A DNA stretch of 57,166 bases from an uncultured virus (IMG/VR IMGVR_UViG_3300005977_000003). Taxonomy: Adnaviria > Zilligvirae > Taleaviricota > Tokiviricetes > Ligamenvirales. The stretch is taken from IMG/VR virus record IMGVR_UViG_3300005977_000003; one strand, given 5' to 3'. Below are positions 47,025-56,846 of this stretch, in pieces. Every line of letters begins with the position of its first letter. Within the stretch, counting starts at the first letter, position 1. The notes below the pieces were generated by a model. It was not told where the DNA came from. It searched no databases and was given only the letters and a program-made list of their open reading frames with translations. A program made the translations under genes and the position numbers.

Positions 47025-47924
47025 ATGAATATAAGTGAGACAAATGTAGAGGGTTTCAGAGGACTTAAGATTGATACCAAACTTAAGAGGGTTAATATTG
47101 TTGTTGGGGAGAACGGCGGTGGTAAGACTTCTTTTCTTGAATCAATCTTCATGGCAACTCTTTTCCAATCAGATGTGAATGACAATGATATAAATTCCTC
47201 TATGATTTATATGCTAAACAGTAGGGGTGATATTCTTTCAACTTTCTCCAACCTATCTAGCTCTAAAGTTAGACTTGACGATACAACAACACAATTTAAG
47301 AGGATTGACCCTTACAGTATTGATGTTGAGATAAACAATGAAAAAGTGGCTGAAATTAGGGTAAAATCCGGGATCTTAATAGCTGAAAATTTATCCGGGC
47401 CTCTATACACACTAAATGTAAGAATTATAAAAAGGGTTAATACTAAATACTCACCCCTTTACATCTCTACCTTTTTTGATACCTCAAGTAATTCGGAAAG
47501 AATTTATAGTATTGCTAGAAGGAAGAATAAAGAGATAGAGTCCAATTTCAGAATATCACAGAACGAATATGGTCTGTTTAAGTTATATTATGATGGATTG
47601 CCCGCCTACGTTATGGGTAGAGGACTTCTAAAGAGAGAATTAATAAAGCTATCCCTAATGTCATCTAACATCCTCTTAATCGACGAAATCGAAGATTCCC
47701 TTCATCCAGATACTGTGAAGGAGGTGTTGAATGATATGAAGAGCAAAGATGGGGTTCAAGTAATTTTCACTACCCACTCAAATGAGGTTATAAAGATGGC
47801 CGAAAAAGTGTTTGACGATTCTGATACACAAGTGATCTATCTATCAAAAGCAGGGTATAAAACGTATAATCTTTCAGAATTCTCTAGATTTGAAAAACCA
47901 CTTAGTTGGTTAGGATACATATGA
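47025..47924 (+). CDS. ABC-type ATPase (AAA_15/AAA_21-like)
   Basis: GENGGGKT, MGRG, LIDEIEDSLHP, TTHS. Confidence 0.85.
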   Translation: MNISETNVEGFRGLKIDTKLKRVNIVVGENGGGKTSFLESIFMATLFQSDVNDNDINSSMIYMLNSRGDILSTFSNLSSSKVRLDDTTTQFKRIDPYSIDVEINNEKVAEIRVKSGILIAENLSGPLYTLNVRIIKRVNTKYSPLYISTFFDTSSNSERIYSIARRKNKEIESNFRISQNEYGLFKLYYDGLPAYVMGRGLLKRELIKLSLMSSNILLIDEIEDSLHPDTVKEVLNDMKSKDGVQVIFTTHSNEVIKMAEKVFDDSDTQVIYLSKAGYKTYNLSEFSRFEKPLSWLGYI

Positions 47925-47984
47925 GGCTCATAGCTATACGAGATCAAAGATCTCCAACATCACCCCAGACCTTCCAGGTCGAGC

Positions 47985-48281
47985 TTGAGTTCAGAAGGTG
48001 TTAAAATGCACGTCGTTGTAATGGATAAAACACGGGAAGAATTGGAATGTATTAAGGAAGGGGATATAGAATTATACTACGATATGATTACAATTCTAGC
48101 GGACAAGGACATCGTTGAGGAATATTTCGTAAACGTATCAGACGAAACGTGGAACACCTTTAAGGATACGTACGCGAAAAGGGTCTTTGTAAATGAATCA
48201 GAACTAGAGAAATACCTCAAGTCGGCTACATATGTTTTTGTCTATAAAAACGGAAATGTTAAATTATGCCTTCCAATTTAA
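47985..48281 (+). CDS. hypothetical protein
   Basis: 98 aa ORF. Confidence 0.5.
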   Translation: MSSEGVKMHVVVMDKTREELECIKEGDIELYYDMITILADKDIVEEYFVNVSDETWNTFKDTYAKRVFVNESELEKYLKSATYVFVYKNGNVKLCLPI

Positions 48282-48359
48282 CTTAGATAACTCTTAGAAA
48301 GATCACTAATTAGTATAAAACTACTCATTCTTTATAACCCCCATTTGTATAAAACTATT

Positions 48360-48794
48360 GTGAACTACAGGAAGAGAAGGGGAACGGAAGAGGAGAGAAG
48401 GATCCTCAACCTCCTGAGGGATAGGGGGTTTGCAGTTATAAGGGCACCCGCCAGCGGAAGTAAAAGAAAAGATCCAGTACCTGACATCGTGGCAATGAAG
48501 AACGGGGTCATACTCTTGATAGAGGTTAAGAGTAGGAGGAACGGCAAACAGGTTTATGTGATGAGGCATCAGGCAGAGGGAATAATGGAGTTCGCCCACA
48601 AGAGCGGGGGTGAGCTCTTCTTAGCTGTGAAGAGACCCAGGGAACTCAGATTCCTTAGGTTCTCAGAGCTAAGAAGAACGGGTGGAGGAAACTTTGTGGC
48701 TACGGAGGACAACATTAAAGCCGGAATGGACTTGGACGGGCTAGTTCGTTACGTGGAGTCCAAGTTCAGTAAACCCTTGGACTCATTCTCATAA
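48360..48794 (+). CDS. hjc: archaeal Holliday junction resolvase
   Basis: ER..L..LRDRGFAVIRAPASGSKRKDPVPDIVA...IEVKSR closely matches Sulfolobus Hjc; GTG start about 25 nt after TTTATAA. Confidence 0.93.
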   Translation: MNYRKRRGTEEERRILNLLRDRGFAVIRAPASGSKRKDPVPDIVAMKNGVILLIEVKSRRNGKQVYVMRHQAEGIMEFAHKSGGELFLAVKRPRELRFLRFSELRRTGGGNFVATEDNIKAGMDLDGLVRYVESKFSKPLDSFS

Positions 48795-48861
48795 TCTTTC
48801 ACACTAAAGTAGCTTCCAAACGGGTCAATATGTTTATTACCTACCTTTTTTAACTTTACCC

Positions 48862-49254
48862 ATGAGTGCTGTTGAAGATTATATTCAAAGGTTAAGGAAG
48901 TTGGCGTTCGACCTCATGCCGAACGTCACACAGGGAAAGAGACCAGTTTTGAACAGGTTAAATAGCCTAACACAACAACCACTCCTAAACGGACCTATAA
49001 TGACTGCAATAAGGAATGGAGCTCAGACTGGTCCGCTTAGGCAGATGTTAAGTAAGCCCGTCATCAGTAACGTGACAAACAATTTTGGTAGCAGGTTACA
49101 GGGCATAGCGAACGCAGTTTCGGAGACTAACATGCAACCCGTGGCACAGAAGGAGACACTGGAGATAAGGAACGCAAACAATGTACAGAATGAGGTACAA
49201 CCAATGCCTCCAACACAAGTTAAGAAGAATGAGAAAAAGATGAGAGTAATCTAA
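48862..49254 (+). CDS. hypothetical N/Q-rich protein
   Basis: 130 aa ORF. Confidence 0.5.
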   Translation: MSAVEDYIQRLRKLAFDLMPNVTQGKRPVLNRLNSLTQQPLLNGPIMTAIRNGAQTGPLRQMLSKPVISNVTNNFGSRLQGIANAVSETNMQPVAQKETLEIRNANNVQNEVQPMPPTQVKKNEKKMRVI

Positions 49255-50174
49255 AGGGTCCCATTATACTTCTTGTACGTCACTATCACGTCATGTATCT
49301 CCTCCTTCGTTTTAGCTATTTTTGCTATCTTCCTGGCATCCCTCGGATCCCTAAATCCATGCTTAATTAACTCGTCCGCAGTGAATGAGGCTAAATCGTC
49401 ATTAAATCCCTCCTGCATCTTCAATAAGTGTATGTAAACTCTCCTCAATTCCTCCGTTGTGTACTCCTTGAATTTAAACACCATAAACCTACTCTTTAGC
49501 TCCGGTAACCTCTTCTCTATCAAGTCAAACCTGTTTGCCGCGGCATAAACGTTAAGCTTTAAGTCCTTCTCAATCCTCTTACCATGTTGCGTAACGATAA
49601 TCTTTTGTGATTCCATTGCGTTAAGCAGTATTGTTAAGTCCTCCGGCTTCATCTTTTCAATCTCATCGATAATCAAATAACGAATGTCATACTGCACTAA
49701 CAAGTCCTTTAAACCAGCCTTTGTCGTAGACTCACCAAAGAACTTATAGGCGTTCTGTAGCCCGTCCAATGCCATCAGCAATAACGACTTTGCCGTGGCT
49801 GGAGGACCCACGAAAAGAATGTGATGTCCAACTGCGTTTATACTCCTCAATAAGATACGTTTAACATCATCGTAACCCAACACTAGGTTTAGCATCTCCC
49901 TTACCCGTTTCACATCTGGGTTCTCCTCACCCGTGTGATTACTGGGTTTCTGTAATTCCTTCAACTGCTTATCGTACGTGTCAAAATCCGCCAGTCTGTA
50001 CTTACCGTATATCGTCCTTACTATCAAACCCTCTCTCAACAACCTCTGTATCTTAAAGGCGTCCAACCCCACGTCATCAGGTGTCCATGACCACAGATAG
50101 GGGTTGTCGGGATTCTTACTCCTCAGCTCCCTTTCAACTTCTACTATCTTCACTACCTCTGGCCTCATTACCAT
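49251..50174 (-). CDS. AAA+ ATPase with N-terminal winged helix (MCM/RuvB-like clade)
   Basis: GPPATAKS, IIDEIEKM, LLNAME, AAAN, SRF. Confidence 0.8.
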   Translation of the reverse strand: MVMRPEVVKIVEVERELRSKNPDNPYLWSWTPDDVGLDAFKIQRLLREGLIVRTIYGKYRLADFDTYDKQLKELQKPSNHTGEENPDVKRVREMLNLVLGYDDVKRILLRSINAVGHHILFVGPPATAKSLLLMALDGLQNAYKFFGESTTKAGLKDLLVQYDIRYLIIDEIEKMKPEDLTILLNAMESQKIIVTQHGKRIEKDLKLNVYAAANRFDLIEKRLPELKSRFMVFKFKEYTTEELRRVYIHLLKMQEGFNDDLASFTADELIKHGFRDPRDARKIAKIAKTKEEIHDVIVTYKKYNGTL

Positions 50175-51009
50175 TCACCTTGAGTTTCTCCCTCAAGTCG
50201 TTTGCCGTGTAGTGAAGGTAGACGGAGGTTGTCTCCAAAAGTTTATGCCTCAGTAACCTATTGACAGTGTACAAATCTACCCCAGCCTTAAGTAGGTTTG
50301 TTGCACGGCTATGCCTTGCAAACTCGTGGTAATGTATGTCGTATGGTCCCGCCTCATCCACCACCTTATTAAACATCTCCGTAAACCTCACCGTATTCCA
50401 CTTATTCTTATACTTAGTCTCGAAGAGATACTTTTTAGGTTTCTCCTTATTCAAGTACTCCTTCAGGTTAATACACAAGTCCTTACTTATTGGTATACTT
50501 TGTACGTAACCCTTCTTCAAAGCCCTCACCGTAATTGTACACTCAGTATAGTTGAAGTCCTCCACCTTTAAGTCGCACAACTCACTTACACGGAGGGCAC
50601 ATTCATAACCCGTCTGCAACATCAACCCGTACTTAACGTTTATCCTATAAGCCGTCTCTATTATCTTCGCTATGTCCTCCTCGGGTAGGATTCTATACTC
50701 TCGTTGTACATCCCCAAGTCTCACCTGCCTCCAGTCTATGTCCGCCTTACCAAGAATGGTGAAGAAGGTTTTCAATGCATGATAATGCAGTTTCACCGTA
50801 TTTATATTATACCTCTTTCCCAATTCAACCAGATAGTCGAGGATGTCCTTGGTGGTCACGCCCTCATAATCTCTGTCACCCATCCACTCCTGAAACTTGC
50901 TTACGGCAACTCGATAATTCCTTATCGTTAATTCACTGTCCTTATACAGATGCCTAAGCCTATCTTCCACCTTAACCCAGGCTTGACTTAACTTTGTCAC
51001 GATATACAA
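50134..51009 (-). CDS. tyrosine recombinase (XerA/integrase family)
   Basis: LRVSEL, HEFARHSRAT, LLRH, TTSVY catalytic residues. Confidence 0.92.
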   Translation of the reverse strand: MYIVTKLSQAWVKVEDRLRHLYKDSELTIRNYRVAVSKFQEWMGDRDYEGVTTKDILDYLVELGKRYNINTVKLHYHALKTFFTILGKADIDWRQVRLGDVQREYRILPEEDIAKIIETAYRINVKYGLMLQTGYECALRVSELCDLKVEDFNYTECTITVRALKKGYVQSIPISKDLCINLKEYLNKEKPKKYLFETKYKNKWNTVRFTEMFNKVVDEAGPYDIHYHEFARHSRATNLLKAGVDLYTVNRLLRHKLLETTSVYLHYTANDLREKLKVNGNEARGSEDSRS

Positions 51010-51083
51010 GTTGTAGTTTTACTTAAAAAGTTAGGGGAAGGACCTAGAAAAGCGATTACAGAATTCATGAAGTCACACGGGAC

Positions 51084-52235
51084 ATGTCGATTTATCTTAA
51101 TACTAGAAGATATCAAAACTTGAATCTATCAATAAAGAAAATTTTTAAACTAGATCTCTTAATTTATCGTATGATAAAAAGATTAAAAATAAAGAACTTC
51201 AAGAGTTATCGTGACAGTGAACTTGAGTTTGGAAAGGTAAACGTCGTTGTGGGAGGAAGTAGTACCGGTAAAACCAATCTTGTTGACGCTTTTGGTTTTC
51301 TAAAACATGTTATCAGACCTATATCTTATCCCCCTCTTCGTTACGTTAGATTGGGTGACTACAAGAACGTGGTATTTATGCAAGATGAGAATCTGGACGT
51401 ATCCTTTGAGATTGATGGTGAATATAAGGGTAAAGGTTACCATTATGAGATCTCGATAGATAATCTACAGATAAAGAAGGAGATCATAGATTTTGACTCT
51501 TACAGCATTGAAAGAAGAGTTAACATGATAAGATATGAAGGTAAAGAGATAACGATTCCTGACGACTTAAGTGTATTCAGCCTATCTTCTGACCTTGACT
51601 TCAACCTTCCACCTGAGTTCTCGAACTTCCTGACAAATCTCCCAAATGACGTGGGAGTGTTTAGAATAGTCCCTCAGATGGCGGTATCACCAGTCCGTTA
51701 CACACCCACAGAAACGCTGGACGAAAACGGTTACGGTTTAGTTAGCGTGATAACCAACAAGCTGTTTAGAATTAATGAGGTTAAACAGATTCACGATTTC
51801 TTAACGGAAAACAACATCTCCCTAAAACCCGTCTTCACTGAGGACAAAAGTGTAAGCCTGTATTTTATTGAAAGAAGTGAAAATAAAGAGTTAATTTTAC
51901 CCCCAACATCGGTACCTGACGGATTCATAAAGATGTTAACGATCCTTACAGCTGTATACCTGTTAGGAATATCCACCATCATTATCGACGAAATAGAGAA
52001 CTCACTCAACCTTAAATACATCGAAAGACTAGTTGATGTAATGCGTTATTCAAGCTCACAGTTCATAGTAACCACACATTCTCCACTAATCATCGACTTC
52101 ATGGATCCTTCAGAAATAATAATTCTTGATAAAGAAAGGGGAGAGACTAAGGTTAATAGAGTACGTGATCCAGAGAAATTGAGGGAGAGGTTGGCTGAGA
52201 ACGGTATTTTGTTAAGTGAATGGTTATTATATTGA
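51084..52235 (+). CDS. ABC-type ATPase (AAA_21-like); start probably at MIKRL
   Basis: IKNFKS, GGSSTGKTN, VPDG, IIDEIENSL, TTHSP. Confidence 0.85.
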   Translation: MSIYLNTRRYQNLNLSIKKIFKLDLLIYRMIKRLKIKNFKSYRDSELEFGKVNVVVGGSSTGKTNLVDAFGFLKHVIRPISYPPLRYVRLGDYKNVVFMQDENLDVSFEIDGEYKGKGYHYEISIDNLQIKKEIIDFDSYSIERRVNMIRYEGKEITIPDDLSVFSLSSDLDFNLPPEFSNFLTNLPNDVGVFRIVPQMAVSPVRYTPTETLDENGYGLVSVITNKLFRINEVKQIHDFLTENNISLKPVFTEDKSVSLYFIERSENKELILPPTSVPDGFIKMLTILTAVYLLGISTIIIDEIENSLNLKYIERLVDVMRYSSSQFIVTTHSPLIIDFMDPSEIIILDKERGETKVNRVRDPEKLRERLAENGILLSEWLLY

Positions 52236-52246
52236 CTAAATTCAGA

Positions 52247-52972
52247 TTAAACAACGAGCCCAGGCTCACCCTGCATACCACATCCATAGTTATAGCTAAT
52301 CTTTGCCACGTTTTTATACCTAAACTTCTCCCCTCCACCCTCAAAAGTTGAAAAGTCGATGTAGTAGTAGTTGGGGTTGTTTGTGGATGGCATGTATTTT
52401 ACTAGCGAAAGATAACTGAACACCATTTCAGGTGGGTTCTGCCTGGACTCGTTATACATGAAAGCCATTTGTATTGGTATTAAGGTTAGGAAGTTACGCA
52501 AATCGACATTTCTTAATCCAACCTGAAAGATCAAGTTATACAACGAGGATACGTTACAGAGGAAGTCCCTAAAGTTACCAAACGATGTCAACCTCATCTC
52601 AGTGTTGCTCGTTAGGTAGATGGCATAGGATACATACGTGAAAAAGTTATCCACAGGTTTTGTCGAGTAGTCATCCACATCACTAGTGTAGTTACTAAAG
52701 TTCTGTACCGCCCCAGTGTTGAAATCATAGACGGTTACCCTTTCACCCTGTATGTCGTCCATTCTTAAGTACCTGGCGTTTTGAAATACCTTCACAGGGT
52801 CATCATTGGATAGGGTAAAGAATCCAAATACGATTGATGGATAAGCCAATATCTGCACCCTATCCGTTGTCATACCTTTGAGGTAATCTCCCCACTCCTT
52901 GAAATTACTTATCTCAATCTTGTACTCAAACGGTGCGTAATACTTCCCGTCAGTAAAGAGATAGTAGGGCAT
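52247..52972 (-). CDS. hypothetical protein
   Basis: 241 aa ORF. Confidence 0.55.
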   Translation of the reverse strand: MPYYLFTDGKYYAPFEYKIEISNFKEWGDYLKGMTTDRVQILAYPSIVFGFFTLSNDDPVKVFQNARYLRMDDIQGERVTVYDFNTGAVQNFSNYTSDVDDYSTKPVDNFFTYVSYAIYLTSNTEMRLTSFGNFRDFLCNVSSLYNLIFQVGLRNVDLRNFLTLIPIQMAFMYNESRQNPPEMVFSYLSLVKYMPSTNNPNYYYIDFSTFEGGGEKFRYKNVAKISYNYGCGMQGEPGLVV

Positions 52973-53043
52973 GATAGATAAGTCAACTTTGTTCTTTTCA
53001 ACTTTCTGGGGTTAGGTTGAAGAAACTTTCTTTTAGGAATTAT

Positions 53044-53886
53044 TTAAGGAGGAGAAGCTGGATTCTTTAATGCCGTATACCTCAAATCTTCATAATCTAA
53101 TCTATCTAAAGCTTCTTCTCTATCCATTACAATATGATTATTCTTTTGCAATAGAAGGATTTTTGCCCTCTCATCAGCCTCTAACAAATCAACATATGCA
53201 TCACTACTATTTGTGGTGAACAACATTGCCTTTAATTTATTGTCTCTTATATATTCTGCAAACAACTTAAGAAACAACTGCAACCTTTTCGGGAATAAGA
53301 CTAGTGCCTCGATATCATCTATTAAAAGTATATCTGGTTTGTAATAGTATACCAACCAAAGTAACTTTACCGTGCTACTAACACCTTTTCCTAAATTATC
53401 CAAATATGTTGCATCGACACCGTTTCCATATAAGAAATCGTCGATCACTTTTGTGTCAACACCATCAAGGAGTTCTTTTATCATATCATTGTACTTCACA
53501 TCTTCGTCGCTAGGCTTAACGAATATACCGTAACGTGGTTGGTAAGCCACTGTCCTAAAGGCGTAAGGATATATTATCATTACCCTATACTTAGTACTAC
53601 CTTTACAACCATAATAACGTGTTTCAGAACCAAGTGAAACACGTGTTTTCTTTGCTTTAACACGTTCACATTCTACTTCTTCGCTGTCAATATTAACTGA
53701 AAACCTTCCATAATCAATGCTACCTCTTGCATTCAAAATTGTAGGAATATTATCCTCGTTCGTTAGTGCTATTCTCTCCAAAAACGCAGTTTTACCGACT
53801 CCGTTGTCACCAAGTATAGCAACTGTGGTTATATTCTCAAGTGTTATGGAACGATTATCATAAACTACTGATAGCTTATTTATCAT
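53044..53886 (-). CDS. ABC-type ATPase, degenerate
   Basis: GDNGVGKT, LGKG, LLIDDIE, TTNS. Confidence 0.75.
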   Translation of the reverse strand: MINKLSVVYDNRSITLENITTVAILGDNGVGKTAFLERIALTNEDNIPTILNARGSIDYGRFSVNIDSEEVECERVKAKKTRVSLGSETRYYGCKGSTKYRVMIIYPYAFRTVAYQPRYGIFVKPSDEDVKYNDMIKELLDGVDTKVIDDFLYGNGVDATYLDNLGKGVSSTVKLLWLVYYYKPDILLIDDIEALVLFPKRLQLFLKLFAEYIRDNKLKAMLFTTNSSDAYVDLLEADERAKILLLQKNNHIVMDREEALDRLDYEDLRYTALKNPASPP

Positions 53887-53965
53887 GGAAAATTTCTCCC
53901 TAAATAGAAATTTTGAAAAAGAGATATTTAAATGTAACTAAAAAGGGGTTTGTCCATCTCCACCC

Positions 53966-54436
53966 TTACGGATTAAGATAAGCACCCTCCGTTAGATTTC
54001 TTCCATCCACATCTTTCAACCTATCTAGTATCACCTCAATTATCTTTCTCCTTTCTATGTCCCTCACGCCATCCAACAATCCGGAGTTTTCTTCCATTAT
54101 TCCCTTGATTTCCTCCGCCAAATCTTTGTTACTTTTGATCTCCTCACCTACAGCGGACAACACATCAACGATGAAATTGGTGTAAACGGTTTTCATCCTT
54201 CCATACAGGACTCTTATAACGGTCCTCTTATCAAGGAGTTTAAGAGCCTCGTTAATTACTCTTTGTTTCACCTCGGTTTGGTGTAGTTGGGTGACACCAA
54301 TCCCTAACTCATCAAACATCTCTCTCTTACCCCTCTTCTCCTCTCTGGCAATGAGCTCCACCAGGTAATTGATGGTACCCATGTCAATGTACTCCGCATA
54401 TTCACTTAACAATAATTCATCCCATTCCTCCAACAT
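53966..54436 (-). CDS. hypothetical protein, possible HTH
   Basis: 156 aa; GKREMFDELGIGVTQL. Confidence 0.5.
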   Translation of the reverse strand: MLEEWDELLLSEYAEYIDMGTINYLVELIAREEKRGKREMFDELGIGVTQLHQTEVKQRVINEALKLLDKRTVIRVLYGRMKTVYTNFIVDVLSAVGEEIKSNKDLAEEIKGIMEENSGLLDGVRDIERRKIIEVILDRLKDVDGRNLTEGAYLNP

Positions 54437-54494
54437 ACAACAACACCTTGAATCTTAAAGTCCAAAAGTTAAAAAGTTTAGTACTTTCAATCTT

Positions 54495-55373
54495 CTATGC
54501 CTGTTGGCATATCGCGTTCTTCAAATCCATTAAGTAACCTTCCATTACTTGACTACCCATCTTCAGTATTCCCATGTTGTAGTCTTTATTCCTTGGGTCA
54601 TTAACAAAGATCAAGCCGTTGGCATCTGCACTTAGCATGTACTTACCATACGAAAGGTGTGGTAAACTTATTCCTTCCTGGTATCTTGGTGCATAGAATG
54701 GAACTCTAAGCATTAACAAATCCATCACCTGTTGTGTAGGATCACCGAAATTCTTGTTCTCCTCCACACCCTTGATTAGCGTATTCAAGATGGTACACAT
54801 ATCCGTTTGTACGTGTAACCCAGAGATAACCCTATCACCTTCAATCCTGTTGGCAAAGTACACGTAATAACCTTGATCTACGTTTGCCCCCTTCTGCATG
54901 TACAAATCCTCTTCCTCCTCCACCTCACCCACGTAATCCACCTCACTCACGTAATCCTCAATTCCCACGTAATCACCCAATTCTCTCCAAGTCCTCACGT
55001 TATCTGGATTGGGGTAAACATCGAGCAGTCCGGCATGAAATCCCCTACCCTTCTCCTTCTCGAACTTCAATACGAAGGTTTCAAAGAACCAAGTTTTTCC
55101 TTCGTAATAGACTGAAGGAAAGACAAATGGATAAATCCACCTCATGTTACTGATGTAGAATTCCCTATACCAATCTAAGTAACGAATCAACAAGGTTTTT
55201 ACATCATACACGCTGTTGTCCTTTGCAATCTTCTTTATATCCTTCTCAAACCTTAACAGATCGTACCTCTTCGGCACATCTCTTATAAAAAGTATGTAAA
55301 ATTTGCCTCGTCTCATATCTTCTGGGTTATCACCCATCCTTAAAACTGCGTAACCCATTACCTTACACCTCAT
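54495..55373 (-). CDS. hypothetical protein (paralog of 55370-56434)
   Basis: TFVLKFEKEKGRGFHAG, DMCTILN, ANGLIFV. Confidence 0.6.
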   Translation of the reverse strand: MRCKVMGYAVLRMGDNPEDMRRGKFYILFIRDVPKRYDLLRFEKDIKKIAKDNSVYDVKTLLIRYLDWYREFYISNMRWIYPFVFPSVYYEGKTWFFETFVLKFEKEKGRGFHAGLLDVYPNPDNVRTWRELGDYVGIEDYVSEVDYVGEVEEEEDLYMQKGANVDQGYYVYFANRIEGDRVISGLHVQTDMCTILNTLIKGVEENKNFGDPTQQVMDLLMLRVPFYAPRYQEGISLPHLSYGKYMLSADANGLIFVNDPRNKDYNMGILKMGSQVMEGYLMDLKNAICQQA

Positions 55374-56434
55374 AAAAAGCTAGTACCACACAGCTGTTTA
55401 GCCACCTCGTACACATTATCGAGCACCATCAGAGCTCTCAATTCCGTTGCACCCATCATGGGTGGAGTCTGCACATACATGAAGTTACTTGGATGTAGAT
55501 AGATTATTCCAGCCTCATTAGACAACAACCCGTCAAAGATGTTGGCTATGAATCCCCTCCCTAGTTTTACCTGTGACAATCTATCCATTGGCATAGGTAT
55601 CCTGTAGTTAACCCCATTAGAATACATGTCTTGTACATCCTTACTAAAATACATGTCTTGTACATAATAGCTAAACGCATACAAACCATATCTAAAGAGG
55701 TAATTCTTTGAGACATTTAGCTTAACCGTCCAGTTTATCGCATCACATACACTTAGCCTTTCCAATTTTACACCAAAAGCTCGTTGTAGAGTGTCGTCAG
55801 ACCAGTAGTAGTAAATCCTGTCAAGTTTTCGGAACGTCTGTGACTCATCTGGTTTGTTAACCAACTTTATGGGCTGTAACGTTGGCTCTCTTGTCACTGG
55901 TTCTTGAGGATATTGGAAGTAGAGGTCCTTTTTGCTAGTAGGCTCTGGTAAACTAACTCTCTTCTTCTTACCGGGTAAAAACGTGTTGAAACCAGGGGGT
56001 TGATTAACCATCTCCTGTGGTGTTGGTGTTATCTCACCAGGGTAACCTTGTATGAAACCCTTACCATACTTCTTGAAGTACCTAAGGACGAAGGTATACT
56101 CGTTCTGAAAGAATGACCTGTCATTCAGATTCTTCCTATTGAAGTAGTACACGATTGGATTTAGCAAAGGATAGGGAGGGGGATTTCCATTGACACCCGT
56201 AAGTTGTACAAGAAAGAGGTTATACGCCAGGTCCTCCGCACTGATGGCGTTTACAGCCAAGCTTCTTATTATGTCTAGCACTCCTGGTATCGTGTACTCG
56301 TCTGGTATCTTACCGGATAAGGGTGGAGTGTACGCAAAGGCGTAAACCTCTCCGTTTCTAAAGGCGTCAGGGTCCATGGTTAAGTAGATTGCTGTAGGTT
56401 TGCCAAACTGCACAGACATGGTTGTAGTAAACAA
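55370..56434 (-). CDS. hypothetical protein (paralog of 54495-55373)
   Basis: TFVLRYFKKYGKGFIQG, SVCDAIN, EAGIIYL. Confidence 0.6.
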   Translation of the reverse strand: MFTTTMSVQFGKPTAIYLTMDPDAFRNGEVYAFAYTPPLSGKIPDEYTIPGVLDIIRSLAVNAISAEDLAYNLFLVQLTGVNGNPPPYPLLNPIVYYFNRKNLNDRSFFQNEYTFVLRYFKKYGKGFIQGYPGEITPTPQEMVNQPPGFNTFLPGKKKRVSLPEPTSKKDLYFQYPQEPVTREPTLQPIKLVNKPDESQTFRKLDRIYYYWSDDTLQRAFGVKLERLSVCDAINWTVKLNVSKNYLFRYGLYAFSYYVQDMYFSKDVQDMYSNGVNYRIPMPMDRLSQVKLGRGFIANIFDGLLSNEAGIIYLHPSNFMYVQTPPMMGATELRALMVLDNVYEVAKQLCGTSFL

Positions 56435-56461
56435 CTATGGTATTTTACCTTTTTGTCTCGA

Positions 56462-56677
56462 TCACTTCGCGATGAGGCTGAAAAGAATACTTATTAGTAG
56501 CCCAAGTCTATTCTCCTTCTTCCTCAGGTGTTTAGCAACGTTGTAAGCCAGTTTGAGTGCATGCCTATACTGTTGTTTGTGTAGGATGAGCGGTTCTCTC
56601 TCCATAAGTATTAGGATTAACCAAGGTTTCTCGTCAATAATCTCCAACAAATCGTCAAATTCTTTCTCTCTGTCCAT
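56462..56677 (-). CDS. small hypothetical protein with hydrophobic C-terminus
   Basis: 71 aa ORF. Confidence 0.5.
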   Translation of the reverse strand: MDREKEFDDLLEIIDEKPWLILILMEREPLILHKQQYRHALKLAYNVAKHLRKKENRLGLLISILFSLIAK

Positions 56678-56846
56678 AGTCTACGTTTTCTTTTGATGAT
56701 AAAACGGTTTTTGTTTTGTGATAAGTTGTACAAGTTAATCATACAGAAAGGTGGGGTGGTTCACAATACCCAATTGTCGAGCTTTACATCGTAATCAATA
56801 CGGAACACGACATAAGGTTGAAAAGGGTGATACAGATACTAAAGTC

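Noticed and set aside
51137..51155. Possible self-target of array unit 42667 (aaaatttttaaactaga)
   Set aside because: Only a partial, overlapping match in AT-rich sequence; expected by chance.
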